Source: Octopus sinensis (taxonomy: Eukaryota). From it: 64,000 bases of DNA. Below are positions 13,121-26,239 of the stretch, one piece after another. The stretch spans positions 20,088,001 to 20,152,000 of the forward strand of contig NC_043017.1 in assembly GCF_006345805.1 (NCBI RefSeq). The letters are read 5' to 3'. The first letter of the stretch is position 1. Every line of letters starts with the position of its first letter. The notes beneath the pieces are model-generated. The model was not told the DNA's origin and searched no databases. It saw only the letters and a list, made by a program, of their open reading frames with translations. The translations under genes were made by a program, and so were the position numbers.

Positions 13121-13189
13121 ACACACATGCATACACACACACACATGCATACACACATATACATATCTCCATGTAAAAAGCATTGAGTC

Positions 13190-13343
13190 CTGCAGATTGG
13201 TTGGTGTTAGGAAGGGCATCCAGCCGTAAAAACCCTGCCTAAACAGACAGTAGCACAGGGTAGCTTTTCTACCTGGCTGACTCCTGTCAACTGTCTTACC
13301 CGTGCATGGATGACAGATGTTAAACGTTGATGATGATGATGAT
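13190..13343 (+). mobile_element. R-type retroposon 3' end (RTE-like tail)
   Basis: GGTGTTAGGAAGGGCATCCAGCCGTAAAA...CATGGA..ATGTTAAACG+(ATG)n. Confidence 0.7.
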
Positions 13344-13362
13344 TATATATAATATATATATA

Positions 13363-13510
13363 TATTTCTTTATTGCCCACAAGGGGCTAAACATAGAGAG
13401 GACAAACAAGGACAGACAAAGGGAGTAAGTTAATTACATTGACCCCAGTGCGAAACTGGTACTTTTATTTATTGACCCCGAAAGGATGAAAGGCAGTCGA
13501 CCTCAGCGGA

Positions 13511-13512
<2 letters not shown>
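13363..13512 (-). mobile_element. Family M SINE, tail B, head missing
   Basis: TTTCTTTATTGCCCACAAGGGGCTAAAC...GAAAGGATGAAAGGC. Confidence 0.8.
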
Positions 13513-13541
<29 letters not shown>

Positions 13542-13557
13542 CATACATGCACACACA

Positions 13558-13715
13558 CGATGGGCTTCTTTCAGTTTCCATCTACCAAATCCACTCACAA
13601 GGCTTTGGTTAGCCAGAGGCTATAGTAGAAGACACTTGGCCAAGATGCCACAAAGTGGGACTGAACCTGGAACCACGTGGTTGGGAAGCAAGATTCTTAC
13701 TATACAGTCGCTCCT
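13558..13715 (-). mobile_element. Family C SINE, 5' module
   Basis: GGGCTTCTTTCAGTTTCCATCTACCAAATCCACTCACAAGGC...GGGACTGAACC. Confidence 0.8.
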
Positions 13716-14819
13716 CTGCCTCCTCATATAAATCTTCTTTCAGCAGTCAGTCGCTTCTTCTTCAAATTAAATTGCTTTTAAATTCTCTCCACACTTTCTT
13801 GTTTTTCTTTCTTTTTCTTCTTTCTTTTTTTTTTTTTTTCTTCTTATTATTCAATCTTTTTCTTTCTACATCTATCTGTGTATCTCTCTCTCTCTCTCTC
13901 TCTCTATTTAATGACTTGCAGACCTTATGGAAAAACGTAAAACTCGAAGTAGACATCACCTTTGAGGAAGATGGCAGAGGTGATGGGGCGGCGGCGGGAG
14001 TGGCGAGGGAGAATGGTGGGGATGTCGTCCTACACGGGAGGCGGAGGGGGCGGAGGAGGCAAGTAATGCAATTTAAACATCACAACATTTCCGCCTCCTT
14101 AATTAACTCTCTGTTTAAAGTAATTAAAATCAAACACTGGCTGTGACCTAGTACCATCGGCATACACACACATGCATACACACACATATACACATACATG
14201 CAAATAAATATATACATATATAGATACATATATATGCATAAATACAGACTGACACACACACACACACACATGCGTGTACACATATTAATCAAAGTATTAT
14301 ACATTTATAAGTCCAGATCTTCCCAAATGGTTTCACATAACTGAAATGGGTCTAAAATACTGCATTGTTCCCTTTGTATCTCCCCTCGGTTCACAAATGT
14401 ACACAAATATACATCCCTGATGAGACACAATTATCTTGAAACAGAGGGGTAAGAAGATCCAGTATATCATTTTCTTATTTACTAACAAAACGCTGCACCA
14501 TCATCTCAAACACAACAGCAATAGGCTTTCAGACAAATAAATGTACACTCATCTACCTGGATATGTTTCAGTCACACACCCATACCTCAACAAATTCATA
14601 ATAATGATCATTGTCATTGTTTGATGTTTGCTTTCCATGCTGGTATGTGTTGGATGTGATTTTGCAATCTAAATGATATCTTATTAAGAGTCATTTCTCT
14701 CACAGACTAGCGATCATACATATCATTGACTTTGATTTCAATTGTTAGATTGGCTATGTACCCTTCCAAGCTAGACAGAGACAGCAAGCCTAAGAACATT
14801 TGTACACAAATATAAACAA

Positions 14820-14876
<57 letters not shown>

Positions 14877-14922
14877 TATATAAATACATATATATACATA
14901 TATGCATATATATATATATATA

Positions 14923-15300
14923 CTAGCAGTATCGCCCGGCGTTGCTCAGGTTTGTAAGGGAAATAACTATAAAGCATTTTTAGAGAGTTATAGCCAAAAA
15001 ATAGCAAAAAATGGGAAAAAAATGATGGTAAATTTTTTTTGAGAGTTAAAAAGGTGGAGTTGCGTCCCCATGACGGTCTGTGGTTGGGTTTCTGATTCTC
15101 GACCCATGTCGAATTTATCGATCTTTTTCAGAACTGGGAGAACTTTTCAAAATTTTCGCTGCGTTAGTTTTGAATTATGACATTGGGCTATGTGTGTGTC
15201 AAGTTTCATCAGAATCGGTTGAAAGCCGTGGTCAGAGTGAGGGTACGAGAAAACAGACACACAGAAAACGCACAGACAAACTGCCGTTTATATAGAGAGA
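14923..15300 (-). mobile_element. Non-autonomous Helitron, both termini present
   Basis: Minus strand starts A|TCTCTCTATATAAA and ends with hairpin CCTGAGCAACGCCGGG, 8-nt spacer, CTAG|T; inserted at an A/T junction in (TA)n without TSD; internal CCGATTCTGATGAAACTTG motif typical of small Helitrons. Confidence 0.85.
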
Positions 15301-15313
15301 TATATATAGAGAG

Positions 15314-15379
<66 letters not shown>

Positions 15380-15388
15380 CAAACATAT

Positions 15389-15419
<31 letters not shown>

Positions 15420-15780
15420 CATATATACATACATATATATATACATACATATATATATATGCACACACAAACAGAACTATGTATACACGCACACTCATAT
15501 GTATATATATATATATAATATATACACACACACAAATGTATATGTATACCCACATATATAAATACATATATATACTTCACATATACATATACATATTTAT
15601 AAATACAGATATATGTAAACACGCAGGTGTATATTTACACAAATATCTGTTATATAAATACACATACGTGTATGTATATATATATATGTGTGTATTATAT
15701 AACCACACATACATATGTATATATATACATACATACTGCACATATGTATATGTATATAAGTATGTATACATATATACGAA

Positions 15781-15812
<32 letters not shown>

Positions 15813-16599
15813 CATTTATGTATGTGTGTGGTGTATATGTGTGTGTGTGTATGAGACAATCAATCTTTGATATTACATATGATTCCATTGACAATATGCT
15901 ACTAAAGCTTAACCATGATTGATTGAAGTGAGAACATATTTGCTCGTTTGAAGTGAACCAAACCTGAACATGTAATCTACCATCTTCCAAATACTTAGTT
16001 TGACCGAGGCATTAAATTCACGTCAGGCATAAATTGGCTGCCATGGTGTACAATACTACAGAAGGGAAATGCAATATCGTTCTAATATATCTTCCTGTCG
16101 TTTATTAAGTATGAAAAGCTAGAAATAATATTCCGCAGACTCCATAAATAACATTGTATAACTATTATTTTATCTCGACAATATAGTAGTTACAAGACTA
16201 ATGGCTTTTAGTTAGTGAGAGCAAACATGTCTCTAGGTTTTTTTTCCTGTTGTAGCTTTTTGTTTCTCATGTTAACCCTTTTGTTGTAGTTCTATTGAAG
16301 TATTCTACCTTTGTTTCCCATAATCTTAAAAATGCTGAATTTAGTAAAATAATTTTGTCAACTGTCACTATTCTCTTTTCAGGCTGCTTCCACCTATACT
16401 TATATAATATTGCTTAGCCATGTATCTCCTTAATAGTAGAGACACCTCGACTTGTGCCTCTGTCATATTTTAGTATCTCAACACCTGGCATTAAACTGTG
16501 GCCCTGCTCTCAAATGTCCCTGTCTCTACTTAGCCAGGAGAGCATTTTTCTTATTCCTTTTTCCTGTTCTTTTTTCATCTTGCAAGTTACTCGACAACC

Positions 16600-16810
16600 T
16601 CACTAATGCTGGTGCCACAAGAAAAGCACCTGGTACACACTGTGAAATGGTCGGCATTAAGAAGGGGCACCCAGCCACAGAAATCATGCCAAATCATGCC
16701 AGACATGACACTGGAACTTAACATTACCCTGGAGCTTATTGGATCCTGTCAAACTGCCCACCCCATGCCAGCATGGAAAACAGATGTTAAATGATGATGA
16801 TGACGACGAC
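16600..16810 (+). mobile_element. R-type retroposon 3' end
   Basis: GGCATTAAGAAGGGGCACCCAGCC...CCCATGCCAGCATGGAAAACAGATGTTAAATGATGATG. Confidence 0.75.
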
Positions 16811-18564
16811 GAAGATGGTCATGAAGATGGTGAATCTGGAGCTTGGAATGTAGATTACTTGAAATTTTAATGGAAGGTCTTAATTTAGATCACTTTAAAA
16901 CATGGAAGCTGTATCATAGAACCAGAAACAGTCTTTGGTAGGCTGGTACCAAAACAGTTATTAAGCTTCTAAGTTGATATGTAGGGAACCCAGAAAGACT
17001 GTTTCAAATGTTGGCTGTTTTATAAAAAGCAGATGAGATCCTCTTAACCATTTTGCTACCATATTTTTAATTGAAATCCACTGCCGATGCTCCAATTAAT
17101 TTTGAAGGATAATAAAGTGTTTTGTAAAACAATTTTATCATTATTAGTCTGCCGTTTGGAACATATATTAACATGAAATCTTGATAAAAGATTTTAATTT
17201 ACTTCATTTTAAAACATTAACCTTGGTTCTACCAGGGAACAGGCTCAGGTAAGTTAGTGTTTCAAAAGGTAAGTTAGTATCGAAAGCTTAATACTGTTTC
17301 TGTTGTTAATTGGAATAAATTCAGGCCACCCCACCAGGCTGTTGTTGGTCAAAGTTGACTCCTCCTCCTCCTCGTCATCATCAAATAAATGTCCATAGAG
17401 GTAATTTGCTTATTTGCCCTGTAAACAAAGCAGTGCTGTTGTTGACATTATGACCGATAACTCTGCCCTTTTACTCAGACCCATAGAATTTCAAAGTTGT
17501 TTACCAGAGAAACTATGTGAGAGTTGGTGGCAGGAAGAGCACCCAGCCATAAAATCTTGCCTTGAACATTTCTCCAACTTACCCAGCATGGGTTAGATGG
17601 ATGCTAAACCAAAAAAAAAAACAAAAAAAAAAAACGAACATCTAGCAGCAAAATTTAGCAGTTGCTGCAACTGCTGCTACCAATAATTCTTTGAAACTAA
17701 AAGAATTTTCATTGAAGGTGTGAAGACAGTATCTTATTAAATATTAATAGCAAGACAATACAACGTAATTATAGATATGATTACTGGAGGAACGTGTTTC
17801 CAAAATTTCCATAATTGAGAAGACAGAAGAAAGTGTCTATTAAAAAGTTAGGAGATGAACTTGCATATGAGCTTTATTTATAAGCATTTTACATGCATAT
17901 TCCTGTCAGAATGACGACATTAAGGCCATCACAACAAGATTAGGAAGAACTTTCAAAACTCTTCAGACTTTTAAGAATGGTATTACTTCTTCAAGTCTAA
18001 CAACTTGTAGACATCACTTTGAAGTCAAGAACTTTTGTTTGCAGCCTTGTGGTCTTGGATTCAATTCCACTGCATAGCATTTCAAGCAAGTGCTTGCTAC
18101 TGTGGTCTCGGGTTGATCAATGTCTTTTGAATAGTAACATCAGTAAATGGAAACTGGGCAGGAGCCTATTGTGTATACAAACACACACATATACCATTAT
18201 CATTGTTAAAGTCCTCTTTTCCATGTTTGCAAAGGTTAGGTGAGGTTTATTGAAGCCGATTTTCTATGGCCAGATGCCCTTCATATCACCAATGCTCACT
18301 CGTTTTCAAGGTAGGTGATATTTCCCCTTGGTCAGACATGCTCTCGCAGAATATTGGAAATGAACAACACTGCTTGTATGACGGGGACACTTGTTTACAA
18401 CTACTATGTAATGACAAGACAAGGAGACACAAACAAACACACTTACACGCATGTGTACATATAAGATAAGGTGGGAGTGTCACAAATGGAATGCTTTTGA
18501 TCGCCATAGATCTACTTGATCAGAGCTGACAAGGGGTTAAACAAGAACATCCACAACTCACATC

Positions 18565-18942
18565 TGGCTGTGTGGTAAGAAGCTTGCTTCCCAACCACTT
18601 GGTTCTGGGTTCAGTCTCACTGCGTGGTACGTTGGGCAAGTGTCTTCTACTATAGCCTTGGACTGACCAAGGCCATGTGAAGGGATTGGGTAGATGGAAA
18701 CTGTGTATGTATGTAACATGTCTGTCTGTGTGTCTCTGTTTCTGTGTTTGTTCTGCCCATCACTGCTTGACAACTGGCGTTGGTGTGTTTACATCCCTGA
18801 AACTTAGCAGTTCAGTAAAAAGAGACCAATAAGAATAAGTACCAAGTCCCCCCAACAAAAGTAAGTCCTGGGGTCAAGTTGTTCAACTAAAACCCTTCAA
18901 GGTGGTGCCCCAGAATGGCCACAGTCAAGTGACTGAAACAAG
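18565..18942 (+). mobile_element. Family C SINE, full length
   Basis: TGGCTGTGTGGTAAGAAGCTTGC head, CORE-like block, internal (TG)-rich spacer, 3' GACTGAAACAAG. Confidence 0.85.
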
Positions 18943-19917
18943 ATCATCAGCAACTCACAAAAAATTAAAACAAAATATCTTTTTATTTTTAGGAACTATA
19001 TATCATACAAGCGAGTCTTTTAGGAAATTTCAAAGATGTTTGACAGACGGAACGACTTAAAGACACAAAGAAAACATCAGCTAAAAAAAAACCTAAAAAT
19101 TACTACAGCAACAGCAACAACAACAAAGTAAATAAGAAGCTAAGTATTGAAGTAAGAACATTTTTGTTCCTTTTTATTTTAAAAACTTTGAGGTATATTC
19201 ACAGGTAAAACTATACGAGCTAATATTTCATTGAGTATGTCATAATTTAGACATAAGTAATTGAAAAGCAATAAATATAACGAGAATATTTCCTGTCACT
19301 GTTAGATAATGGTGTGAAAAACAAAAAATATAAATGAAAAGGTAAAACTAGCCCCCTTTCTTTCCAAGAAAAATAAAACAAAAAGAGAAAACAAGAATTT
19401 CGCAGTTTCAGAAGAAAAAAAAAACCTTTCAACAATGTCTTTTTGCTATTATATTTACTACTACTACTACTACTACTACTATTACTACTACCACCACCAC
19501 CACTATCATCATTATTATTATTATTTTTTTTTTTTTGGTATTTGGAAGCGTTTGTTCTTAAGAGGTGGTCTGAAATGACAGGTTCCAGGAAGAAATGGGA
19601 AAGAAATTATGTAAAAATAAAGATGTCAAAACAAAATAAATAAATAAATAAATAAATAAAAATGAAAAAGTTTGAGGTTGGAATGCTCAGAGACAAAATA
19701 ATTCTTAATTTATTTTTTTCATTCTGTGTTGTTGGTAAAATTTCATGGTAACTGCCAAGATTTGCATCAATAAGTTTCTGGTTGGTGCCAGAAAAGAATT
19801 CTAAAATTATTAAAAAAAAAAAATTGGCTATTTTTAGTATAAAGTAATTAAACAAATTAAGCTAATGAAAAGAGAGGGAGTAATTATTCTGGGTTTTTAA
19901 TACGTGGTGGATAGACG

Positions 19918-20225
19918 AAGGCAGTGAACTGGTAGAACCATTAACACTCTGGACAAAGTGCTTGGTGGTATTGCTTTTGAGTTCAAATTCTGCAGGGACC
20001 AGCTTTGCCATTCATCCTATTAGGGTCGATAAAATAAGTCCCAGGCAAAATGCTTAGTGGCATTTCATCTGCCTTGACAATCTGAGTTCAAATTCTACTG
20101 AGGTCAGCTTTGATTTTCATCCTTTCAGGGTCAATAAATTAATTACCAGTTATGCACTGGGATTGATATAATTAACTAGCCCATCCCCTCAAATTTCAGA
20201 CCTTGTGCTTTTAGTTGAAAAGATT
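19918..20225 (+). mobile_element. Two tandem family M SINEs
   Basis: Two GAGTTCAAATTCT plus central modules, ending in an (ATT)n tail. Confidence 0.75.
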
Positions 20226-20288
20226 ATTATTATTTGTCTTTGTATTGTTCCTCTCATCCTTTGACCTTGTGGCAAATAAACGAAATCG

Positions 20289-20328
<40 letters not shown>

Positions 20329-20393
20329 CATTATTATTATCATTATTATTATTATTATTATCATTATTATTATCATTATTATTATTATTATTA

Positions 20394-20440
<47 letters not shown>

Positions 20441-20518
20441 TTTTTATTATTATTATTATTATTATCATTATTATTATTATTATTATTATTTATTATTATT
20501 TTTATTATTTTTATTATT

Positions 20519-20732
20519 AAGGCGGTGAGCTGGCAGAATCGCTAGCACACTGGGTGAAATGTTGAGCAGTACTTCATTTGTTGCTATGTTCTGAGTTCAA
20601 ATTCCACCAAGGTCGACTTTGCTTTCCATCCTTTCAGGACCGATTAAATAAGTACCAGTTATGCACTGGGGTCGATGTAATCTACTTAATCCCTTCCCCC
20701 AAATTTGAAGCCTTATGCTTCCAGCAGAAAGG
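20519..20732 (+). mobile_element. Family M SINE, full length
   Basis: GGCGGTGAGCTGGCAGAATCGCTAGC head through the GCAGAAAGG(TTA)n tail. Confidence 0.85.
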
Positions 20733-20750
20733 TTTATTATTATTATTATT

Positions 20751-21132
20751 CTATGTTTGACTTTTGCTTTACATTTGCACAAGTTGGCTCCAAGTCTCAC
20801 TCAGAGACCTCAAGAGACAACAGATTGGAAGTTCGTATTGTTGTTATGCCTAGTGTGCCATATATTTGGTTTTGTATTTAGTGTTGTACTAGTGAATGCC
20901 TAAAAAAAAAAAAAAATAAAGTTATGTTTGTTTTAGAACTTGAGATTACATAGAAAGTATTTTGCGAAGGATATGAGCAGTTCCCATGAGCACTATCTTT
21001 TGAATTTCTGCCATTTTGGGGTTTCCTGGTATCTGAGTTAGGTAGCGGTCAGCCCCTTTTGCTATCATTCCCAGGTATTGTTTTAGTCTTCAGGTTCCAC
21101 ATTTTGCTGATTTCTATTTCAAGATCTTTATA
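20751..21132 (-). mobile_element. R4/Dong-type RLE retrotransposon 3' fragment, family 2
   Basis: Translates YKDLEIEISKMWNLKTKTIP-[deletion]-GMIAKGADRYLTQIPGNPKMAEIQKIVLMGTAHILRKILSM*; then 3' UTR and (AAT)n; homologous to 60583-60938. Confidence 0.85.
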
Positions 21133-21154
21133 TTATTATTATTATTAATTAATT

Positions 21155-21578
21155 AAGGTGGTAAGCTTTCAGAAATGTTAGCATGTCAGTCAAAATGCTT
21201 GGCTGCATTTCTTCTGACTTCCATGTTCTGGGTTCCAATGCTGCTGGGGCTGGCTTTGCCTTTCATCCAGTTAAGAACAGGGGTTGGCGTAATCAATAGC
21301 ACCCTCCCCCAAAATTGCTGATGTTGTGCCAAAATGTAAAAGCCATGTGTGGTGGATGGATTAAAGTGGCAAAGTGGCAGAACCATTACTGTGCTGGACA
21401 AAATGCTTAAGAGCAGGTTTTCCAACTTGACATTCTAAGTTCAAATTCTGCCTGGGTTGACTTTGTTTTTCATCCCTTTAGGGGTTGATACAATAAGCTC
21501 CATTTGAGCAATGGGGTTGATGTAATCAACTGACTCCTGGCCCCTGAAACTGCTGGTCTTGTTCCAAAATTTGAAACC
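21155..21578 (+). mobile_element. Two tandem degenerate family M SINEs
   Basis: Two heads and two GCCTTTCATCC/GTTTTTCATCCC central modules. Confidence 0.65.
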
Positions 21579-21615
21579 AATATATGGTGGATAGATTAAG
21601 GTAGGAGCATAGAAA

Positions 21616-22070
21616 ATGGTGATGATGATGGTGATGATGATGACAATAACAATGATGATGATGATGACAATAACAAGAAAATCGATGATGATGACGACGA
21701 TGATGTCAAAGATGATGATAATGATGATAACAAGAACATTGATGATGATGATGAAAATGATAACAATGACAATGATAACGATGATGATGATGATGATGAT
21801 GATGATGGACAAAGACGATGATAATGATGATGATAACAACAATGATGATGATGATGATGATGACAATAACAATGATGATGATGACAATGATGATGATGAT
21901 GATGATAAGAAAATTGATGATGATGATGACGACAATGTCAAAGATGATGATAATGATGATGATAAGAACATTCATGATGATGATGATGACAATGATAAAG
22001 ATGATGATGATGAGAAAGATGATGCTAATGATGATGAAAACGATGATGATGATGATGATGATGATGATAT
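21616..22070. repeat. Compound (GAT)n tract with an internal block duplication
   Basis: AAGAAAAT(C/T)GATGATGATGA...TGTCAAAGATGATGATAATGATGAT...AAGAACATT occurs twice, ~230 bp apart. Confidence 0.85.
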
Positions 22071-23277
22071 ATCTGTGTGTGTTTGAATGAATAATTGAGC
22101 TCTCATATTGGTTATTCTTTTTTCTTATTTTTTTTCTATTTTAATAGGTTTTATTTATTTAGTAAGGATTCTCCTGGGTAACCCCACTGCGACACCCAAC
22201 CCTGAAATCCACCCATTTCTATTTCAAATTGCCCCCTTCTTCCGATAAGCACAACAAAGACCGCACTATCTGTTGTCCCCTTCCATTTTCATCCATCAAG
22301 ATAACATATTTGGCTGCTATTTCTACAAGAAAGAGCAACCAACCACACAAAAGCAACCCTATCAGTTCGTTCTTAAATTTTCCTAATAGGTTGTTTTCAT
22401 TTATTTAATAGTGTCTCACCTGAGTAAACCCCACTGAAATGCCAACCCCCGACTCTCAGCCCCCAAACCCCCGAGATCCTACCTCATTTAAAAAAGTCAC
22501 CTCTCATCCCACACACCCCACATCCAAAATACACAAACAAATAATAAAAATATCTAATATATGTAATTCTCAGGAGCGTCTTACTAAACTCTCAGCATCT
22601 GGCGCTTTATTCCTTGTTATTCCAGCTATGACTAAACTTACAGAAGCCCTGCATTCAGTGATAGACATAGCCCAGCCCAGCTTGGTTTTTCCTTATTTCA
22701 CTCCTTCCTTCTTTCCTTCCTTTTTACCTTCGTTCAGATGCCATTTCTTCAGATACACTCTACAACATTCACGTATTTCTTCCTTTCCAATTAATGACTT
22801 TCAGAATATTCCAAATGAATTAACAGCTGTGTTGATGCCCCTCGACCATCCCCACTCCAAGACACTCCAGAATGACTGACTTACAGTGCCACAGAAAGCA
22901 GCTTTTTCCGACACATATTTCATTCAATCATTCTTTTATATGTTTGTGTATATGTGTGTGTCTGTGTTTGTGTAAGCACTTGCATATGCACACACACACA
23001 GATATATATATATACACACATACATACAGACATTTATACACATGTATATATATATATATGCACACATACATACAGACATTTATACACATGTATATATATA
23101 TATGCACATACAAATACATACATATACATATATGTATGCATGTATGTATTATGTATGTATATGTATATATGAATATATATGTATACATATATACATACAT
23201 ACATTTATGTATATACATATACACATGTCTATACACACACACACACATACACATGTATACATATATATATCTATATA

Positions 23278-23320
<43 letters not shown>

Positions 23321-23434
23321 TCATTTAAAGAGAAAGAAAGATAGACAAATTCAACACATACATACACATTACAAGTTTATTTACCTACATATATGTAGAC
23401 ATTCATGTACAAACACATACATACAGATACACTT

Positions 23435-23478
<44 letters not shown>

Positions 23479-23652
23479 CTGATATCCAATACATAACCTC
23501 TCAATGGCAGCTGACTCCAAGCCAAAAAGCTTCCCTATTTCGCCCCCCCCTCTTGCTCCAGTCCCACATGGAAATTCAGAGCATGTGTTTTAATACACAT
23601 AACATGTATGGTAGTTGTGGTTATTGTTCTTATTGTTGTTGTTGTATGACCC

Positions 23653-24004
23653 CAATTGTTCTCCAGCCTCCATAAGCATCTTTAGAATAGTTCTGTTCAC
23701 ACTAAGAATCTCAAGTTATCTCCAGCATGTAGGGGTACCATGTGCACAACCCCTTTTTGCCCTCAATCATTTTTTACCAATGAACCCCCTTAGATTCTTA
23801 TTTTACTCTCGTGGACCCTCAAAGCGATTCGATGTTTTAAGGAAATCCTTTTATATTTTTAATAGTTAGATATTATTACGAATTGCATAAAAAAAAATTA
23901 TCAAAAGGTTTTATGCATTGTAGAAGTGTATTGCTGATAAATTTTAACAAGAAAATCTTATATGGACCCTTAAGGGTCATGTGGACCCCAGTTGAGAACT
24001 ATTG
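23653..24004. mobile_element. hAT/Charlie-like MITE (old)
   Basis: Degenerate TIRs CAATTGTTCTCCA / AGTTGAGAACTATTG with internal GGACCC motifs; no intact TSD; related copy at 56010-56263. Confidence 0.5.
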
Positions 24005-24282
24005 GCCTAACCAATCAAAATCAACTATCTATGACAGCTTTCCAGACATACTGTACCTTTGACCGTCCAACCATAACATTCATCTCTCAGAAAAATTATT
24101 CAAGGGAGAAAAGAAACAAACCCTTTGCAGAATCCAGGGTAAGGATTTCCTACTGAATTTCAAGAGCGGGGGGACCCTTAAATAAATAGATAAATAAGAT
24201 ATACATACAGAAATATATATATATATATATATATACATCATCTCCAAACCTTCTAATACATATATATATATATATACATATA

Positions 24283-24572
24283 TGTGGAGGTGCAATGGCC
24301 CAGTGGTTAGGGCAGTGGACTCACGGTTTCGCTTCCCAGACTGGGCGTTGTGAGTGTTTATTGAGCAAAAACACCTAAAGCTCCACGATGCTCCGGCAGG
24401 GGGTGATGGCGATCCCTGCTGTATTCTTTCGTCACAACTTTCTCTCACTCTTTCTTCCGTTGGCCTGCTCGCTTAGCCAGCGGGGTGGCATCATTTGAAG
24501 GCTAAAACAATGCGAAGCGCATTGTGACCAGCGATGTGTAGCAACATCTGACAGCCTGGTCGGTCACAGTGA
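24283..24572 (+). mobile_element. tRNA-derived SINE sharing head and middle with 10333-10637 but with a different tail
   Basis: TGTGGAGG..AATGGCCCAGTGGTTAG head and shared AAACACCTAAAGCTCCAC...CACAACTTTCTCTCA; tail GGCTAAAACAATGCGAAGCGC...GGTCGGTCAC. Confidence 0.8.
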
Positions 24573-24573
24573 T

Positions 24574-24604
<31 letters not shown>

Positions 24605-24616
24605 TAGACTCCTCTT

Positions 24617-24841
24617 TGCCTTTAGGATTTAAACCAGTCATATTTGGCCCAAATATTCTACCTATTGTATGTTCAAACTGGCCAGATCTGGCCTATCGTG
24701 CCTACCCTGCAATGTCATTCTAAAAATAAGCAATAACATAATGGAAATCTTAAAGCTATAAGATAATGCATGATTAACTGGAGATAATGTGGATTAATAA
24801 GCATTATGTTTGACATAATGCATTGTATAATGAAGGGTTAA
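24617..24841. mobile_element. TTAA-terminated MITE-like repeat (piggyBac-like end)
   Basis: Ends in AAGGGTTAA; a second copy at ~55290-55725 is split by an R-type insertion. Confidence 0.45.
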
Positions 24842-25767
24842 AGACTCTGCTTCCATGTTTATTGTGTGCAATGGTTAATTCTTCAGTTTGCAGAATTAGA
24901 ATGCAGACTTGGAAACATGCACAGAATAAAAGAAAATAAAAAAAAATAGAATTAGAAATGAAAAAAAAGAGGCTCGATTTGTTTGTTTGTTTGTTTGTTG
25001 GTTTTTGGTGAATAGTGTGAGGAACCAGAAAATTTAAATTATTTCCATATAGAAGAAGATCTCTTCAGGGAAATTCCAAGTATGAAATGTTTCCATTTTG
25101 TCAAAGACTTACATTTTGATGGATTATTTTTACAGAAAATAGAAAATTTTGCACTTATTTGACTTAACAATATTGTGGAATGTATTTAGATATTTCTTTT
25201 CTTTTTTTTTTTTTTAATAATTCATTTATGGTTTTCTTCAAATTATTTTTCATTTCCTCCGCAAGCCTCTTTCCAAACCACACCAATTCCTGTACATTAT
25301 GTACTTGTCTATGTGTGTCTGAAAATGTGTGTGTGTGCATCTATGTATATGTGTGTATGTATATACATATATACACATATATACATACATACATACATAT
25401 ATATATATACATATATATATATATATTATATATATACATATACATACATACATACATATATGTATGTATATATATATATATATAATGTATACATACGTAA
25501 ATGCATACATACATGTGTATGTATGTATATATACATGTACATATACAGAAACATACACATATGTCTAGATAGATTAGATAGACAGACAGATATATGTGTC
25601 TTTATATATATAATATTTCTTTTTAATCTATAATTATATATGTGATGAAAAAACCCAGCATTAATTGAAGGATCATTCAATTATTTTTAACAGATTATCA
25701 TATATTAATTTTACAGTTATAAGTTGCAGGTTGATTGGGATTTCGAAGTCTAAGCTTTGTCTATGAA

Positions 25768-25980
25768 TCATCATCATCATCATCATCATCATCATTTAAT
25801 GTCCACTTTCCATGCTGGCATGGTTTGACTAAGGACTGGCAAGCCAGGAGGCTGCACCAGAGTCCACTCTGATCTGCTATTCCTAACACCAATCATTCCG
25901 AAAGTGTAGTGGGTGTTTTTTTACATGCAACCATCATGGGGGGCCAGTCAGGTTGCACTGGCATTGGCCATGCTCAAATG
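25768..25980 (-). mobile_element. R-type retroposon 3' end
   Basis: (CAT)n, then TTTAATGTCCACTTTCCATGCTGGCATGG...GGAGGCTGCACCAG; reverse of 55378-55610. Confidence 0.8.
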
Positions 25981-25982
25981 TG

Positions 25983-26016
<34 letters not shown>

Positions 26017-26073
26017 TATATATATACACACACACATATATATATGTATGTATGCAAGTATGTATGTATGTAT

Positions 26074-26104
<31 letters not shown>

Positions 26105-26162
26105 CATATATATAGGTTGATGATGTAAATAGGAAAAAGTAGAGGATATATACTCAAAACAT

Positions 26163-26202
<40 letters not shown>

Positions 26203-26239
26203 ATATATATATTTTTTTTTTTTATATTCTCTTTATTCT

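Noticed and set aside
17910-17979. Small plus-strand exon-like segments (also ~19024-19130 and ~62310-62395)
   Set aside because: AG/GT-bounded open frames of this size are expected by chance; weak splice signals and no homology recognised.
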